NCBI RefSeq assembly: GCF_902652985.1
Contig: NC_047022.1
Span: forward strand, 34,720,001-34,784,000
Source of the DNA: Pecten maximus
Taxonomy: Eukaryota
DNA length: 64,000 nucleotides
Direction: 5' to 3'
The stretch's first letter is position 1. Each line of letters begins with the position of its first letter. A model generated the notes under the pieces. It was not told the origin of the DNA and did not search any database. It saw nothing but the letters and a program-made list of their open reading frames with translations. The position numbers were made by a program, and so were the translations under genes. Shown here one piece after another: positions 13,431 to 26,018 of the stretch.

Positions 13431-14370
13431 CCTGATATAACCAGCGTGCTAACCTGTAGGTATTGAGTTTACACTGCCTCCCCTGATATAACCAGCGTGC
13501 TAACCTGTAGGTATAGGGTTAACACTGCCTACTCCTGATATAACCAGCGTACTAACCTGTAGATATTGAGTTTACACTGCCTACTCCTGATATAACCAGC
13601 GTACTAACCTGTAGGTATTGGGTTTACACTGCCTACCCCTGATATAACCAGCGTACTAACCTGTAGGTATTGGGTTTACACTGCCTACCCCTGATATAAC
13701 CAGCGTACTAACCTGTAGATATTGGGTTTACACTGTCTCCCCTGATATAACCAGTGTACTAACCTGTAGGTATTAAGTTTACACTGCCTACTCCTGATAT
13801 AACCAGCGTACTAACCTGTAGGTATTGAGTTTACACTGCCTACCCTGATATAACCAGTGTACTAACCTGTAGGTATTGAGATTACACTCTCCTGATATAA
13901 CCAGTGTACTAACCTGTAGGTATTTAGTTAACACTGCCTACTCCTGATATAACCAGCGTACTAACCTGTATGTATTAAGTTTACACTGCCTTCTCCTGAT
14001 ATAACCAGCGTACTAGCTTGTAGGTATTGGGTTTACACTGCCTTCCCTGATATAACCTGTATGTATTAAGTTTACACTGCCTACTCCTGATATAACCTGT
14101 AGGAATTGGGTTTACACTGCCTCCCCTGATATAACCTGTATGTATTAAGTTTACACTGCCTACTCCTGATATAACCTGTAGGAATTGGGTTTACACTGCC
14201 TCCCCTGATATAACCTGTATGTATTAAGTTTACACTGTCTACTCCTGATATAACCAGCGTACTAACCTGTAGGTATTGGGTTTACACTGCCTCCCCTGAT
14301 ATAACCTGTATGTATTAAGTTTACACTGCCTCCCCTGATATAACCTGTATGTATTAAGTTGACACTGCCT
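13431..14370. repeat. Minisatellite, ~49-bp unit (cctgatataaccagcgtactaacctgtaggtattgggtttacactgccta) changing to a ~37-bp deleted unit
   Basis: About 20 tandem copies visible directly. Confidence 0.95.
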
Positions 14371-14966
14371 TCGTATATGAAACCCATAAATGTATAAATG
14401 CTTACACATTATATATCGATTGTCATATCAATAAACAAAATTACAGTGAGGCGTACCTCTGTGATAGCTACGCGAAAAGATTACGATTGAAAACTCAATG
14501 TTAAAAGGTAAGGTATGTCGACAAAACATTTGATGACAATATGTCTTAGTTCATCGTATTGTAGATGCAGCTTTGTATGTACACATAAATATATCTTACA
14601 TGTGTATATTGGTATGTCATATAGGTCAAAGGAGAAATGGTAAAGATAACAGTAATTCGAATTGAAAAGGAAAAACGTGTGAACGAATTTTAATGGGTAA
14701 ATTATATGATCTGATTCAAGCACGCTATTCACGACATGGAAATAACCTCCCCTCAGATCAGTTAAGTGGATGCATCACATACGTATTTGACGTCGGTATT
14801 TGGTACGTGACTTGCTGAAGACAATACATATGTTTACATAACTACTGATGGTGCATGATTTACCTGGGGACTACTTATGGCGAGCGTTACTACAGTGACC
14901 GTGGTTTCCCCGCCTTAGTCCGACCCCTCGAGCCAGGCGCGAGGTCATCCTTATCGCGAAGGTATG

Positions 14967-14974
14967 TATATAAG
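14967..14974 (+). promoter_or_regulatory. Possible TATA box upstream of CA exon 1a
   Basis: tatataag ~40 bp upstream of the ATG at 15014. Confidence 0.3.
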
Positions 14975-15013
14975 CACCTGTTTAAGATTCACATTATTAG
15001 AAGATATTGTCAG

Positions 15014-15116
15014 ATGTCGAACATGGTTTTGGTGCCAATGACAAGCTCTGCAGTTGGTCTGGAGATCTTTTTATTGATCCTTGCTCATTTGGTGGATCCG
15101 ATCTCCGCAGGAGCAG
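15014..15116 (+). CDS. Candidate alternative first coding exon 1a of carbonic anhydrase (MSNMVLVPMTSSAVGLEIFLLILAHLVDPISAGA-G)
   Basis: ATG, hydrophobic core, small residues at the cleavage end and a phase-1 CAG|GTAGGT donor; in frame with exon 55140. Confidence 0.6.
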
Positions 15117-16375
15117 GTAGGTTCCGTATTGATAATATACAGTATCTGTAGTGTGTGTTTAAGACAATATAGTAATTCATTTCTAGATGTCGGTATACAA
15201 TTATGTTTCTTAGTGCCCTGCAACTCCTTTATGTATTTTTACTGATGTTAGATTTATGGGAGATAAGCATAGCTTGATATGTTCATGTATTAATTGATCT
15301 TATTGGCAATGTTTTCATATCAATAATGCAGTTTGAAATAAATAATATAATTCCGTTCTTTCTATTAAATGAATACTGCCTATATTTCAATACACATGCA
15401 CAAGTAAGCAAATGTTTAATAATTATGATCGTAAAAATGTTATTCAAAATTGTTACTGGGTGTCCTGTTTAACACCTTTTATTGAATTGCAATTATGTAC
15501 AACCTGCAAGAGAAAGTTTCTATAACAGCATAGCGAGTCTGAAGCTTACGGAAATGTTAACATATACAAAATTTGAACCAAGTGCTGTTGATCTGTACCA
15601 CAGGATACGAGTAACCCTAGTCACATTTGTCATTTTAAACTATTGACGCGAGTGTACCTAGCTGTTTAACTTTACTTATTTCGTTTGTTTGATGTTGTTT
15701 AGTTATGCCAATATTTTGCCCTAATGACCTTTACACTGTGTGGGCCGTTAAAAGTGTAATAATCAACCACGTGTCATGTTAATACATCATGAAGTTTAGC
15801 GTATGGTTATGCACGTGGCTGTGGTTTGAATGGAAAAGTTTGTTAAATAGTTGGTTAGCAGGTAAAACCTACTACATTGAGAGACCTGCTCCAATGGGTT
15901 GGCTTATAACGTGATGCACTGTAACGACGATACATTAGTTTCACCGTCACGCATACGTATTGTGCATCATTTGTCTGTATTATCGTCCTCTTTACTCTTG
16001 TTTTTTAGATTGCGTTGCAATGTTAACGTTTTATCAACTCATAGCCATTAAATCCTGAATTGGTACCTTTATTTACGTAACGATATGCCAATATACATTG
16101 CATCAGTATGCAACCTCCGTCGAAATGAATAGTCATAAAAATTGTTACCACGAATACCGGTCAGCTGTAGTACTGTTTGTGTGAGCCTCCCGAAAACAGA
16201 AGAGCCATTCCAATAAATGTGGATATAACCCTACACAAAACCCATTTTTAGGGACAGAATATATTATCTTTCTACCGTATACATACACCTTTAAGTAACA
16301 CTCAATATATTATTGCATCATTGGTATCCTTCACTCCTTCACGGTAATATAGTTAGTTATTGCATTATAATGTTT

Positions 16376-16695
16376 CTGTCGTCCCGGTACTACTAGGAAT
16401 TGTGGGGTATTGTCTATCGAACCTGTATTACAGTAAATCATGCTGTTATTTCTGTCGTCCCGGTACTACAGGGAATCGCTTTGTTTTTCTATCGAACCAG
16501 TATTACAGGGAATCACGTTGTATTTCAATCGTCCCGATACTACTATGACTCGTGGTGTATTTTCTATCGTCCCGGCACTTCTGGGACTCGCGCTGTATTT
16601 TCTGTCGTCCTGGCTTGACTGTGACTCGCGCTGTATTTTCTATCGTCCCGGCTCGCCTGTGACTTGCGCTGTATTTTCTATCGTCCCGGCATTAC
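16376..16695. repeat. Degenerate ~39-40-bp tandem repeat (tgtattttctatcgtcccggc...)
   Basis: About 8 diverged copies. Confidence 0.85.
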
Positions 16696-17284
16696 TGACA
16701 TACATGTTGTATTGCACATGTATTTCAGTTAGCTTTCGTCCAATTGACACAGAGTTAACTTTCCTTTCTTTTGTCCAACTTAACTTTTAACTGTCAATTA
16801 CATTACCTTTATTCAAAAACAACATTAGTGTCTTCGCTGATGCTGATCGGACCGTAAAGGTGTTGGTATTGCATTTATAAGTGTTCTATAGAAAGGTAAC
16901 CAGGCAGTTTGTGTTAAATCGATATAGTTATTCCGTAAGGTGACAAATCTCGAATCACATCAGTACCCAAGACGGATCATGTTTTACAATAACAGATAGT
17001 TTCAAATATTTAACCGTGTTCAGTCATTAATTATTTTGTAGCCTTAGAATGAAAAAAAACCGTCTGTAGGTGACTAATTTGCGAATTGAATAATCAATAT
17101 TTAAACATGGAAAATGTTGCTTTGTAGTTTAAGCTGCAAACAATGGCGCTTTCGATGTTAATTATGTTTCATATTTGACTCGATCGAAATATTATTGTGA
17201 TGGCACTGTTGGAATAAAAATGTCCATATTAAGTGTATAAAGGCTACTTACTCTGTTACTTGCATTTGTAATAAAACGGAGAGC

Positions 17285-17800
17285 TCGTAAGAATTGTACC
17301 TGCTGCCCCCATTGCATGATCGTAAGAGGCGACTAAACTTGGGATCTTATCTTTTCCCTTCTTTCTTTACAACTTTCTTCTTCCTAATGTCTCCCTTGAC
17401 AATGCCCCACTTTTTGCCTTTAGTTGAGCGTTCGCCACTGTGAGAAAGGTTTTGGGTTCTGTCCCCTAGCCGAGACATACCAAAGTCTTTAAAAATGGTA
17501 GTTGCTACTCCTGCTTAGCGCTCAGCATATTTGGAGTGGTACGACTGGTTCGCCCGTTGTCAGTATAATGTGACCGGGTGGGGTGTAATGCTGGGTGTCT
17601 TCGGCAGTATGCTTCAGTGAGGTGACACTATAAATCGGCAAAAGTTCCGGCCTATCACAAGGAGACTTGACACGAACATACCGCAGCCTCCCAAAACACA
17701 CATACGCACTCGCCACACGCATTCATGTCGCACTCACGGGAGGCCGTCCTTAAATGACCTTAGCTGTTAATAGGACGTTAAACAAAATAAACCAAACCAA
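17285..17800 (+). mobile_element. SINE family A, best-preserved copy
   Basis: Structured head, decayed tRNA-like segment (tagttgagcgttcgcc...gggttctgtcccc), CATACCAAAGTCTTTAAAAATGGTAGTTGCTACTCCTGCTTAGCGCTCAGCAT (Meta-domain-like) and a LINE-type tail with AAACC. Confidence 0.9.
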
Positions 17801-17802
17801 TC

Positions 17803-18200
17803 ATACAGGAACAGGGAAATAATATGCCTGCTATAGCTCACTGGGTGTCGTGAGAGGCGGCTAATTGTGAGCGCCGCGCCCTGCAGGGTCGAGGGTGGTT
17901 TCCCTTCAGTTCAAGGGACATTGGAGAGGTCAAGAATAAAGCCCATTGTATCTCGTTGCTTCACAGAAGGCAACTAAAAGTGGGCAACTTGAAGAATCGA
18001 GTATTTTCTTCTGTGTCTTCTATAAGGGAATAATGAAGAGACCAAATCAAATCATCTACTCCACAACACTTGGTATCTTAAATGCTTTCTTTCCTTATTA
18101 ACTGCTCTTTATTTGCTTTGTTTTCTTACTCTAGGTGTCTCGTTGACACCCGTCTTAATATTACCCCGGCTATTGCGAGGACGAAAAACCCCTAAAAATT
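17803..18200 (+). mobile_element. Related non-autonomous retro-element with two tandem structured motifs and a LINE-like tail
   Basis: gtcgtgagaggcggctaa and gttgcttcacagaaggcaactaa variants of the SINE A head motif; tail cgtcttaatattaccccggctattgcgaggacg..aaacccc; minus-strand relative at ~47870-48060. Confidence 0.55.
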
Positions 18201-21200
18201 AAATAATAAAAAACCGCCGTTGGAGCTAAATGGTAAGAACAATGTTTTATCAATAGCTGAAGTAGACTTCAATGTTCTATTTTTTACGTAAATCGGAAAA
18301 AAATACCTTTAGTATTTTTAACGAATGGACGAAACGTTTGTTAGAGGATCCATTTTTTATACAGTCACATTAGCCCATTAACGATTCCGGAACAAAGTAC
18401 AAACATAAGTGTACCTTTCTAGATCAAATCATCATTACAAGACAGTTATCTTTCAGAAGTTACAAAACAGATCATCAGAAACAGAACAGACTTGTCATTG
18501 TCGATTATCATAAAGGCATCCGAATGTTTGAAGGTGTACCGTAGGTGACCAAAGTACGCAGACTTGTAAAAGTATGTCATTAATAAAAAGGGAATGACGG
18601 ACAGGTCAGGTTAGCCAAACATCCTCGACCTGTAGTTTTAAGAGATGTTACTGAGTACATGTAGGCGGATCTCTAGTCTGATAAAAGGGTGCTGTTGATA
18701 CCGCGTACCTAAGATGTCGTTTGATGGTAATGCCATATCGGGTATCCCTCTGGAACATGATTTACATCCACTGTGAGGTCGAACACATGAAACTAATTTT
18801 AGTTTTCATTTGGCGACATTGTATCTATGAATATAATGCTACGTTTTTCTGATATTTTATTCAGTTAAGAGTACAGTTTGAGCTAAAGAGTCAATAATTG
18901 AACAGTCATGATTTATCTTAATCAACGATTACGTGATTAGTAACATGCACTCGGGGTTGGACCCGTCATCGATCACGTGATTAGTAATGCGATTTTTATG
19001 AGATATATTTACGTTTAAAATCGGATAAAGCAAGACTTTCTTCACGGCTGATACAGATTATTATTTCTTTATCAACATCAAATACTCCTGAAGGACGTGC
19101 GATGATAATACCACATCTATATTGTGACTAATGTAATTACCGACCTGGGCTAGTGCTCTCACGTGTATTATCAATTTCTATCGAATTCGAGGCACGGCCA
19201 AATATCAATATCCTCAGGTCTGTACACACAAGAGTTTATCAGCCAAACAAACTAACACATAAATAATTGCTAATTTATTCACAACTATTTTGACAAATGA
19301 AGTCATAAAATTACATTAATATGAAATTGTCAAATGATATGTTCATATTTTGGTTTTGATTGAACGGGCCCTTAACCGATTTTTTATCTACCATGAAATC
19401 CCCATCTGATATAATCCGGCAATTAATTATTTAGTTTTCTTAGCAATTGATGGTATTGTTATGTACCGTAGATGATTCGAAATAAAGCATAGCTTGGCTT
19501 TTGTGAGCCCATTTTTAATCCGGAATGCTCTAATATACAACTTCTGGAATTCTGTAATTTCACATCTATTTATTACTCATTTCCTATCAAACATTCTGCA
19601 AAATATGTTATATACGTGAAAAGGGCGCTGGTAATCGACAATGTTCTTAGGTTGAAGCATAAGGTGATTTGGAAAACATGTTGTTAATTGGAAGAATTCA
19701 ATTATTACAGAGATGCATATCATTTACAGTATCTCACAACTACGCTTGTTTCACATGTAATATCACATGACACAAACTTTGTAACAGTGTGTTATTGTTT
19801 TTGTTTACACACCACAGTATGTAACCACTTTCAAAGCCTACGATTGGCCATATGACCTCAAACAATTCTGATTGGTCTACCCTCTGACATTTGACGACGG
19901 ACTACTTTTACCAACGCGTGTTCTTTTTGATGTCGTATGTCGTATATTGATTTACCAGGGGTCAATATTGACGATACTAATTGAAAGATGTGTCGTCAAA
20001 AAATATCTGGGATTCGGATGGTAACAAGTATAATTTCATGGTGAAATATTAACAGAATATCAATGTACAATGAGTCTTCGCCATCATCAAAACAATTCAC
20101 AACTGTACGACAAAAATGGCCCAGACACTGATTTGATAAGCGTAAGCCTCGGGCGTGAATAGTCACTTTTAGGTTTGGCACAGTGGTGGGCCGATGTCAC
20201 TCCGTACGTATATTATCGCCACAAAATAAATCATCACTATCTAATAATTCAACTTACTTTCATAGCGAATTTATATCCCAAATATAAAAATGTAAAGTTT
20301 CATTTTGGAATTCTTGTCTCGTATCAGTAAACTGATAATCAGATTTTGTAAACAACACGTACAGTGACACAAGTTAATTACAGCGCGGTTTCCGGAATAT
20401 TTATTGAAGTGTGTCTATCTTGTGGTTTCTTGAATGAACAAATCTTGGTGTGAACTTTAATCATCATCACAATCAATAATGGGATACCTACCAAGTTCAG
20501 GAAAGGACCGATAATATTGAAACTGGTGGTGATAGATATCCAGCTGTGACATTCGACCTCGCTCTGTTTGCAAAAACCCGTCCCTTTCCTAAATTAGAAA
20601 AAAATTAACTTGAGTTAGCTAAACATGCTAAATAACCGTCAAGTGTTGGAGAACGTATATAGCTCTGAAAAACAAATAGGACAAACAAATGTAATCATGA
20701 CATAATGTCGACTTGATTAGCTGATAGCGCTTACCATTCCAGAACATCTGGTCTTATACTTCTGCTCATTAAATTGCTTTTTGTATAAATTACTGAATAC
20801 ATTATTTCATAGCAGATTTTACACATGTGGTTTGGCATATGGAATGTTCAATCATTTTGCATGCGTCTATAAAGCCCTTTGCCGAGTGGCATATCATTTT
20901 TTATGATATAATAAATTCCATGACCCGATATTCTGTTTATTACACGACTCCTATTTATGAGGATACTATGAAATCGCAAATGTCTGTGCAGGAGAGACAA
21001 ATTTAGACTGGTGAAGTTTGTTTTTCTCTACAGAGACAATTAAAAATGCGATATCATATATTATTTACGTCACGATAGTGTTGCTACTCATATGCCGTAC
21101 GATAATTATGACGTGGTCGTATTGCATAACAAAACAGGTAAGTTATGTGATGAATAAAGTTCTATCATCTACAAGTAAATACGGGCTTTAACATTAGCGT

Positions 21201-21536
21201 CAGGCGGTGGTAGTCTTCGATATTGTAAAATAAACAAATTGATGGAGCCATCAGATGTCGCAGTTCAACAGGATGCGACAATTAATAGAACATGTTCCTG
21301 TTTATCACCAAGAAGCTAGTCACTAAAGCACCGTTAACATTGTTACGTATCAGATTATGTCCTTTGAAGATAGCAATAAAATATGTCCATTAGGAGTTAC
21401 GTAGATAGATGTAATTACAAGAGTTGTTCTATTGTTTGTCATTGATGTTAAACATCTAATAGCCTTTGCGTAAGTGTTTACTGCGAATGTAGACAGATTA
21501 TTGGAGTGTTTTTCTGGCGCTTGCTGCGAATACAAA

Positions 21537-22736
21537 TTACCTTATTGAGATATCACTGTATGGTACCAACATGTACCGCTTTATTTACCTTATTGAGATA
21601 TCACTGTATTGTACCAACATGTACCGCTTTATTTACCTTATTGAGATATCACTGTATTGTACCAACATGTACCGCTTTATTTACCTTATTGAGATATCAC
21701 TGTATTGTACCAACATGTACCGCTTTATTTACCTTATTGAGATATCACTGTATGGTACCAACATGTACCGCTTTATTTACCTTATTGAGATATCACTGTA
21801 TGGTACCAACATGTACCGCTTTATTTACCTTATCGAGATATCACTGTATGGTACCAACATGTACCGCTTTATTTACCTTATTGAGATATCACTGTATGGT
21901 ACCAACATGTACCGCTTTATTTACCTTATTGAGATATCACTGTATTGTACCAACATGTACCGCTTTATTTACCTTATTGGGATATCACTATTGTACCGAC
22001 ATGTACCGCTTTATTTACCTTATTGAGATATCACTGTATTGTACCAACATGTACCGTTTTATTTACCTTATTGAGATATCACTGTATTGTACCAACATGT
22101 ACCGTTTTATTTACCTTATTGAGATATCACTGTATGGTACCAACATGTACCGCTTTATTTACCTTATTGAGATATCACTGTAGTGTACCAACATGTACCG
22201 CTTTATTTACCTTATTGAGATATCACTGTATTGTACCAACATGTACCGCTTTATTTACCTTATTGAGATATCACTGTATGGTACCAACATGTACCGCTTT
22301 ATTTACCTTATTGAGATATCACTGTATTGTACCAACATGTACCGCTTTATTTACCTTATTGAGATATCACTGTATGGTACCAACATGTACCGCTTTATTT
22401 ACTTTATTGAGATATCACTGTAGTGTACCAACATGTACCGCTTTATTTACCTTATTGAGATATCACTGTATTGTACCAACATGTACCGCTTTATTTACCT
22501 TATTGAGATATCACTGTATGGTACTAACATGTACCGCTTTATTTACCTTATTGGGATATCACTGTAGTGTACCAACATGTACCGCTTTATTTACCTTATT
22601 GAGATATCACTGTATTGTACCAACATGTACCGCTTTATTTACCTTATTGAGATATCACTGTATTGTACCAACATGTACCGCTTTATTTACCTTATTGCGA
22701 TATCACTGTATTGTACCAACATTCACCGTTTTATTT
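21537..22736. repeat. Homogeneous 48-bp minisatellite (ttaccttattgagatatcactgtatKgtaccaacatgtaccgctttat), ~25 copies
   Basis: Directly visible; explains the repetitive ORFs at 21506-22745. Confidence 0.97.
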
Positions 22737-23090
22737 AGTTTGTGACATGCGTTAGCGATTACAGTAATGTTAATCTTTGTTAAAATCTACGTAAAACACC
22801 AGAACGATGTTTCCTGTTCGAATCGATACAATCTATCTTTAGTCTAGATGCAATGGAACACAGGGAAAATAAAAACTGATTGTTTTTTCTGTACCATTGA
22901 TGTAACCACACCTGTGTTTAATTCATCCCATTTTTAACAATTCTGTAAGCAAATCAACTTGGAACACACAGTCTTAGAACTGTGTTTTGCAGCCAATTCG
23001 AGTATAAACGTAGACGTCATCAGAAAAAGACGCCTTACTTTGCGTTACTTATTCCCGAGCTTTTATAACTAAGAAAAAATGGTTTTCTCA

Positions 23091-23443
23091 TTTTTAGGTC
23101 ATCTGACCCGAATGGTCAGGATGACCTATAATCATCATGCTTCGTCCGTCGTCGTGCGCCGTGCGTAAACTTTTCACATTTCAAACTTTTTCTCAAGTTC
23201 CACTGTTGGGATTTAGCTGAAACTTGCCTGTAATGATCCGAAGGTGGTCCTGACAAAGTGTTGTTATATTTTAAACTTCTTCAGTTCCACTGGTGCCATT
23301 GAGCTGTAACTTGCCTGAAATGATCCTGACCAAGAGTTGTTATTTTTCGGGTTGGTTCGAAATCCACTATACTTGCTACTGAGTATGTATACTACAATAG
23401 TACAAGATTCTTTAGAGTCAGATGACCGTTAAGGCCCTTGGGC
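23091..23443 (+). mobile_element. Short non-autonomous Helentron (HINE/pearl-like)
   Basis: T-rich start, ggtcatctgac sub-TIR with 5' stem-loop, (gtc/gtgc) microsatellite, 3' gtcagatgacc followed by a gccc..gggc hairpin. Confidence 0.8.
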
Positions 23444-24143
23444 ATACATAACCGTATGTGGAAAATAAATTCTTAGACTCGTGTCAATTCTATACACCTA
23501 ATATTAAACCTCGTTGAATAACCCATTGTTGCATTGACACAATTAAGTTTCTTTGTATCTACTCCTTAACGATCTGCTGACTCACCATTAAACGTCATGG
23601 AGGACATGAAAATCTTTGGTTGGGCGGAAATATATCAGTGAGAACTGCATGTCATCTCCTGGTACGGTTGTGGGATGTTCTCAAGGTCATACGATTACAA
23701 AGGCCGTCCGGCTCCTAAATCAATTTATCTAACTTGATAAAAAAAACACGTGACCATCATTTAGTGAAATAAACGTGTATGCACCAGGTAACGGCGGGTC
23801 ATAAAGCGGCTAACCCGACAAACGTCCCATACCCAGACTCTCAGTATGTGTATCAAGGTCACATTCAAGGTCACATTCAAGGTCACATTACACCTAGATA
23901 CCCAACGATTATGATAAGACGTTTTAAACTCAGTATGCATGCGTATATCAAAGTTTGACATCATTAGGCAATAACGCCACGTAGACATTTAACGTCGACA
24001 TAAATCCTTAGATATAAGTTGGAATATACTGTTTGACCAGCTTAAGGAATAATAAAATTACATATGATATATTGTAGCATATATTTTTATATGTAATATT
24101 ATATCGTATGTTTTAACATTGATATCATTTAGGTTCAGGTCGA

Positions 24144-26018
24144 TTTTTATTAGGTCATCTGACCCAAAGGGTCAGGATGACCTATAGTCATCGTGCTTCG
24201 TCCGTCGTCGTGCGCCGTGCGCCGTGCGCCGTCCGTAAACTTTTTCTTTCAAAACGCTACTCCTCCTTAACGCTTGGGTGGATTACTTCCAAATTTGGTT
24301 TGAAGCATCATTGGGGGAGGGCAATCATATTTTATATAAATGAGGCTGGTCTGACCCCTGGGGCCAGAAGGGCGGGGCCCCAAAAAGGGAACTTAGGTGA
24401 ATGTTGCTATAAAATCCTACTCCTCCTTTACCCTTGGGTGGATTACAACTAAATTTGGTGTGAAACATCATTGGGGGAAGGCGGTCATATTTTATATAAA
24501 TGAAGTTGGTGTGACCCCTGGGGCCTGAGGGGCGGGGCCCCAAAAGGGGAACTTTGATGAAATTTTGCTATAAAATCCTACTCCTCCTTAACCCTTTAGT
24601 GGATTTCAACCAGATATGTTGTGAAACATCATTTGGGGAGGGCGGTCATATTTTATATAAATGAGGCTGGTGTGACCACTAGGGCCTGAGGGGCGGGGCC
24701 CCAAATGGGGAACTTTGATGAAATTTTGCTATAAAATCCTACTCCTCCTTAACCCTTTAGTGGATTTCAACCAGATATGTTGTGAAACATCATTTGGGGA
24801 GGGCGGTCATATTTTATATAAATGAGGCTAGTGTGACCCCTGGGGCCTGAGGGGTGGGGCCCCAAATGGGGAACTTTGATGAAATTTTGTTATAAAATCC
24901 TACTCCTCCTTAACCCTTTAGTAGATTTCAACCAGATATGTTGTGAAACATCATTGGAGGAGGGTGGTCATATTTTATATAAATGAGGCTGGTGTGAGCC
25001 CTGGGGCCAGAGTGACGGGCCCAAAAAAGGGAACTTTGATGAAATTTTGCTATAAAATCCTACTCGTCCTTAACCCTTTGGTGGATTTCAACCAGATATT
25101 GTGTGAAACATCATTGGTGGAGGGTGGTCATATTTTATATAAATGAGGCTGGTGTGGCCCCTGGGGCCAGAGGGGCAGGGACCCAAAAGGGGAACTTTGA
25201 TGAAATTTTGCTATAAAATCCTACTCCTCCTAACACCCATAGTGAATTATGACCAAATTTGGTGTGAAACATCATTGGAGGAGGGAGGTCATATTTTATA
25301 TAAATGAGGCTGGTTTGACCCCTAGGGCCAGAGGGGCGGGGCCCCAAAAGGGGAACTTTGGTGAATTTTTGCTATAAATCCTACTTCTCTCTAACCCTTG
25401 GGTGGATTAATACGAAATATGGTGTGAAACATCCTTTGGGAAGGGTGGTCATATTTTTTATAAACGAGGCTAGTGTGACCCCTGGGGCCTGAGGGGCAGG
25501 GCCCCAAAAGGGGAACTTTGGTGAATATTTGCTGTTAAATCCTAATCCTCCCTAACCTTTTGGTGGATTACAACCAAATTTCATGTGAAACATAAGGTGA
25601 CGGCAATCATATTTTTTAATGAGACAGGTTTGACCCCTGGGGAAAAAAAGATGGGGCAAAAGGAGCGCTTAGGTTAAACATTTCTTAAAAATGCAATTCC
25701 TCCTTAATGCCTGAATTGATTACAACCATATTTAGTATGAAACATCATTGGGGAAAGGCAATCCTAATTGATATAAATGAGTCTTGTCTGACCCATTGGG
25801 ACAGAGGGGCATGCCCCAAAAATGGGAACTTGGCTAAAATTTTGCTTTATGATGCTGCTCTTCCTGGACAAGCTAAATGGATAAAAACCAAATTTGATCT
25901 AAAACATAACTGGCTGCGATAAATAATTTATGGTAATAATGCTGGATTGGGGTGTGTGTCCCTGCTGTAAGTGTAAGTGTTTGTCAGATGACCGTTAAGG
26001 CCCATGGGCCTCTTGTTT
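24144..26018 (+). mobile_element. HINE/pearl-like Helentron carrying ~10 tandem copies of a ~161-bp repeat
   Basis: Same ends as 23091-23443 (taggtcatctgaccc ... gtcagatgaccgttaaggcccatgggcct); aaaatcctac recurs at 24411, 24572, 24733, 24894, 25054 and 25215. Confidence 0.88.

Noticed and set aside
21506-22745. Long repetitive ORFs (225, 151 and 266 aa) and a CRISPR-like appearance
   Set aside because: By-product of a stop-free 48-bp minisatellite; a 2-bp deletion shifts the frames, and there are no unique spacers or cas genes
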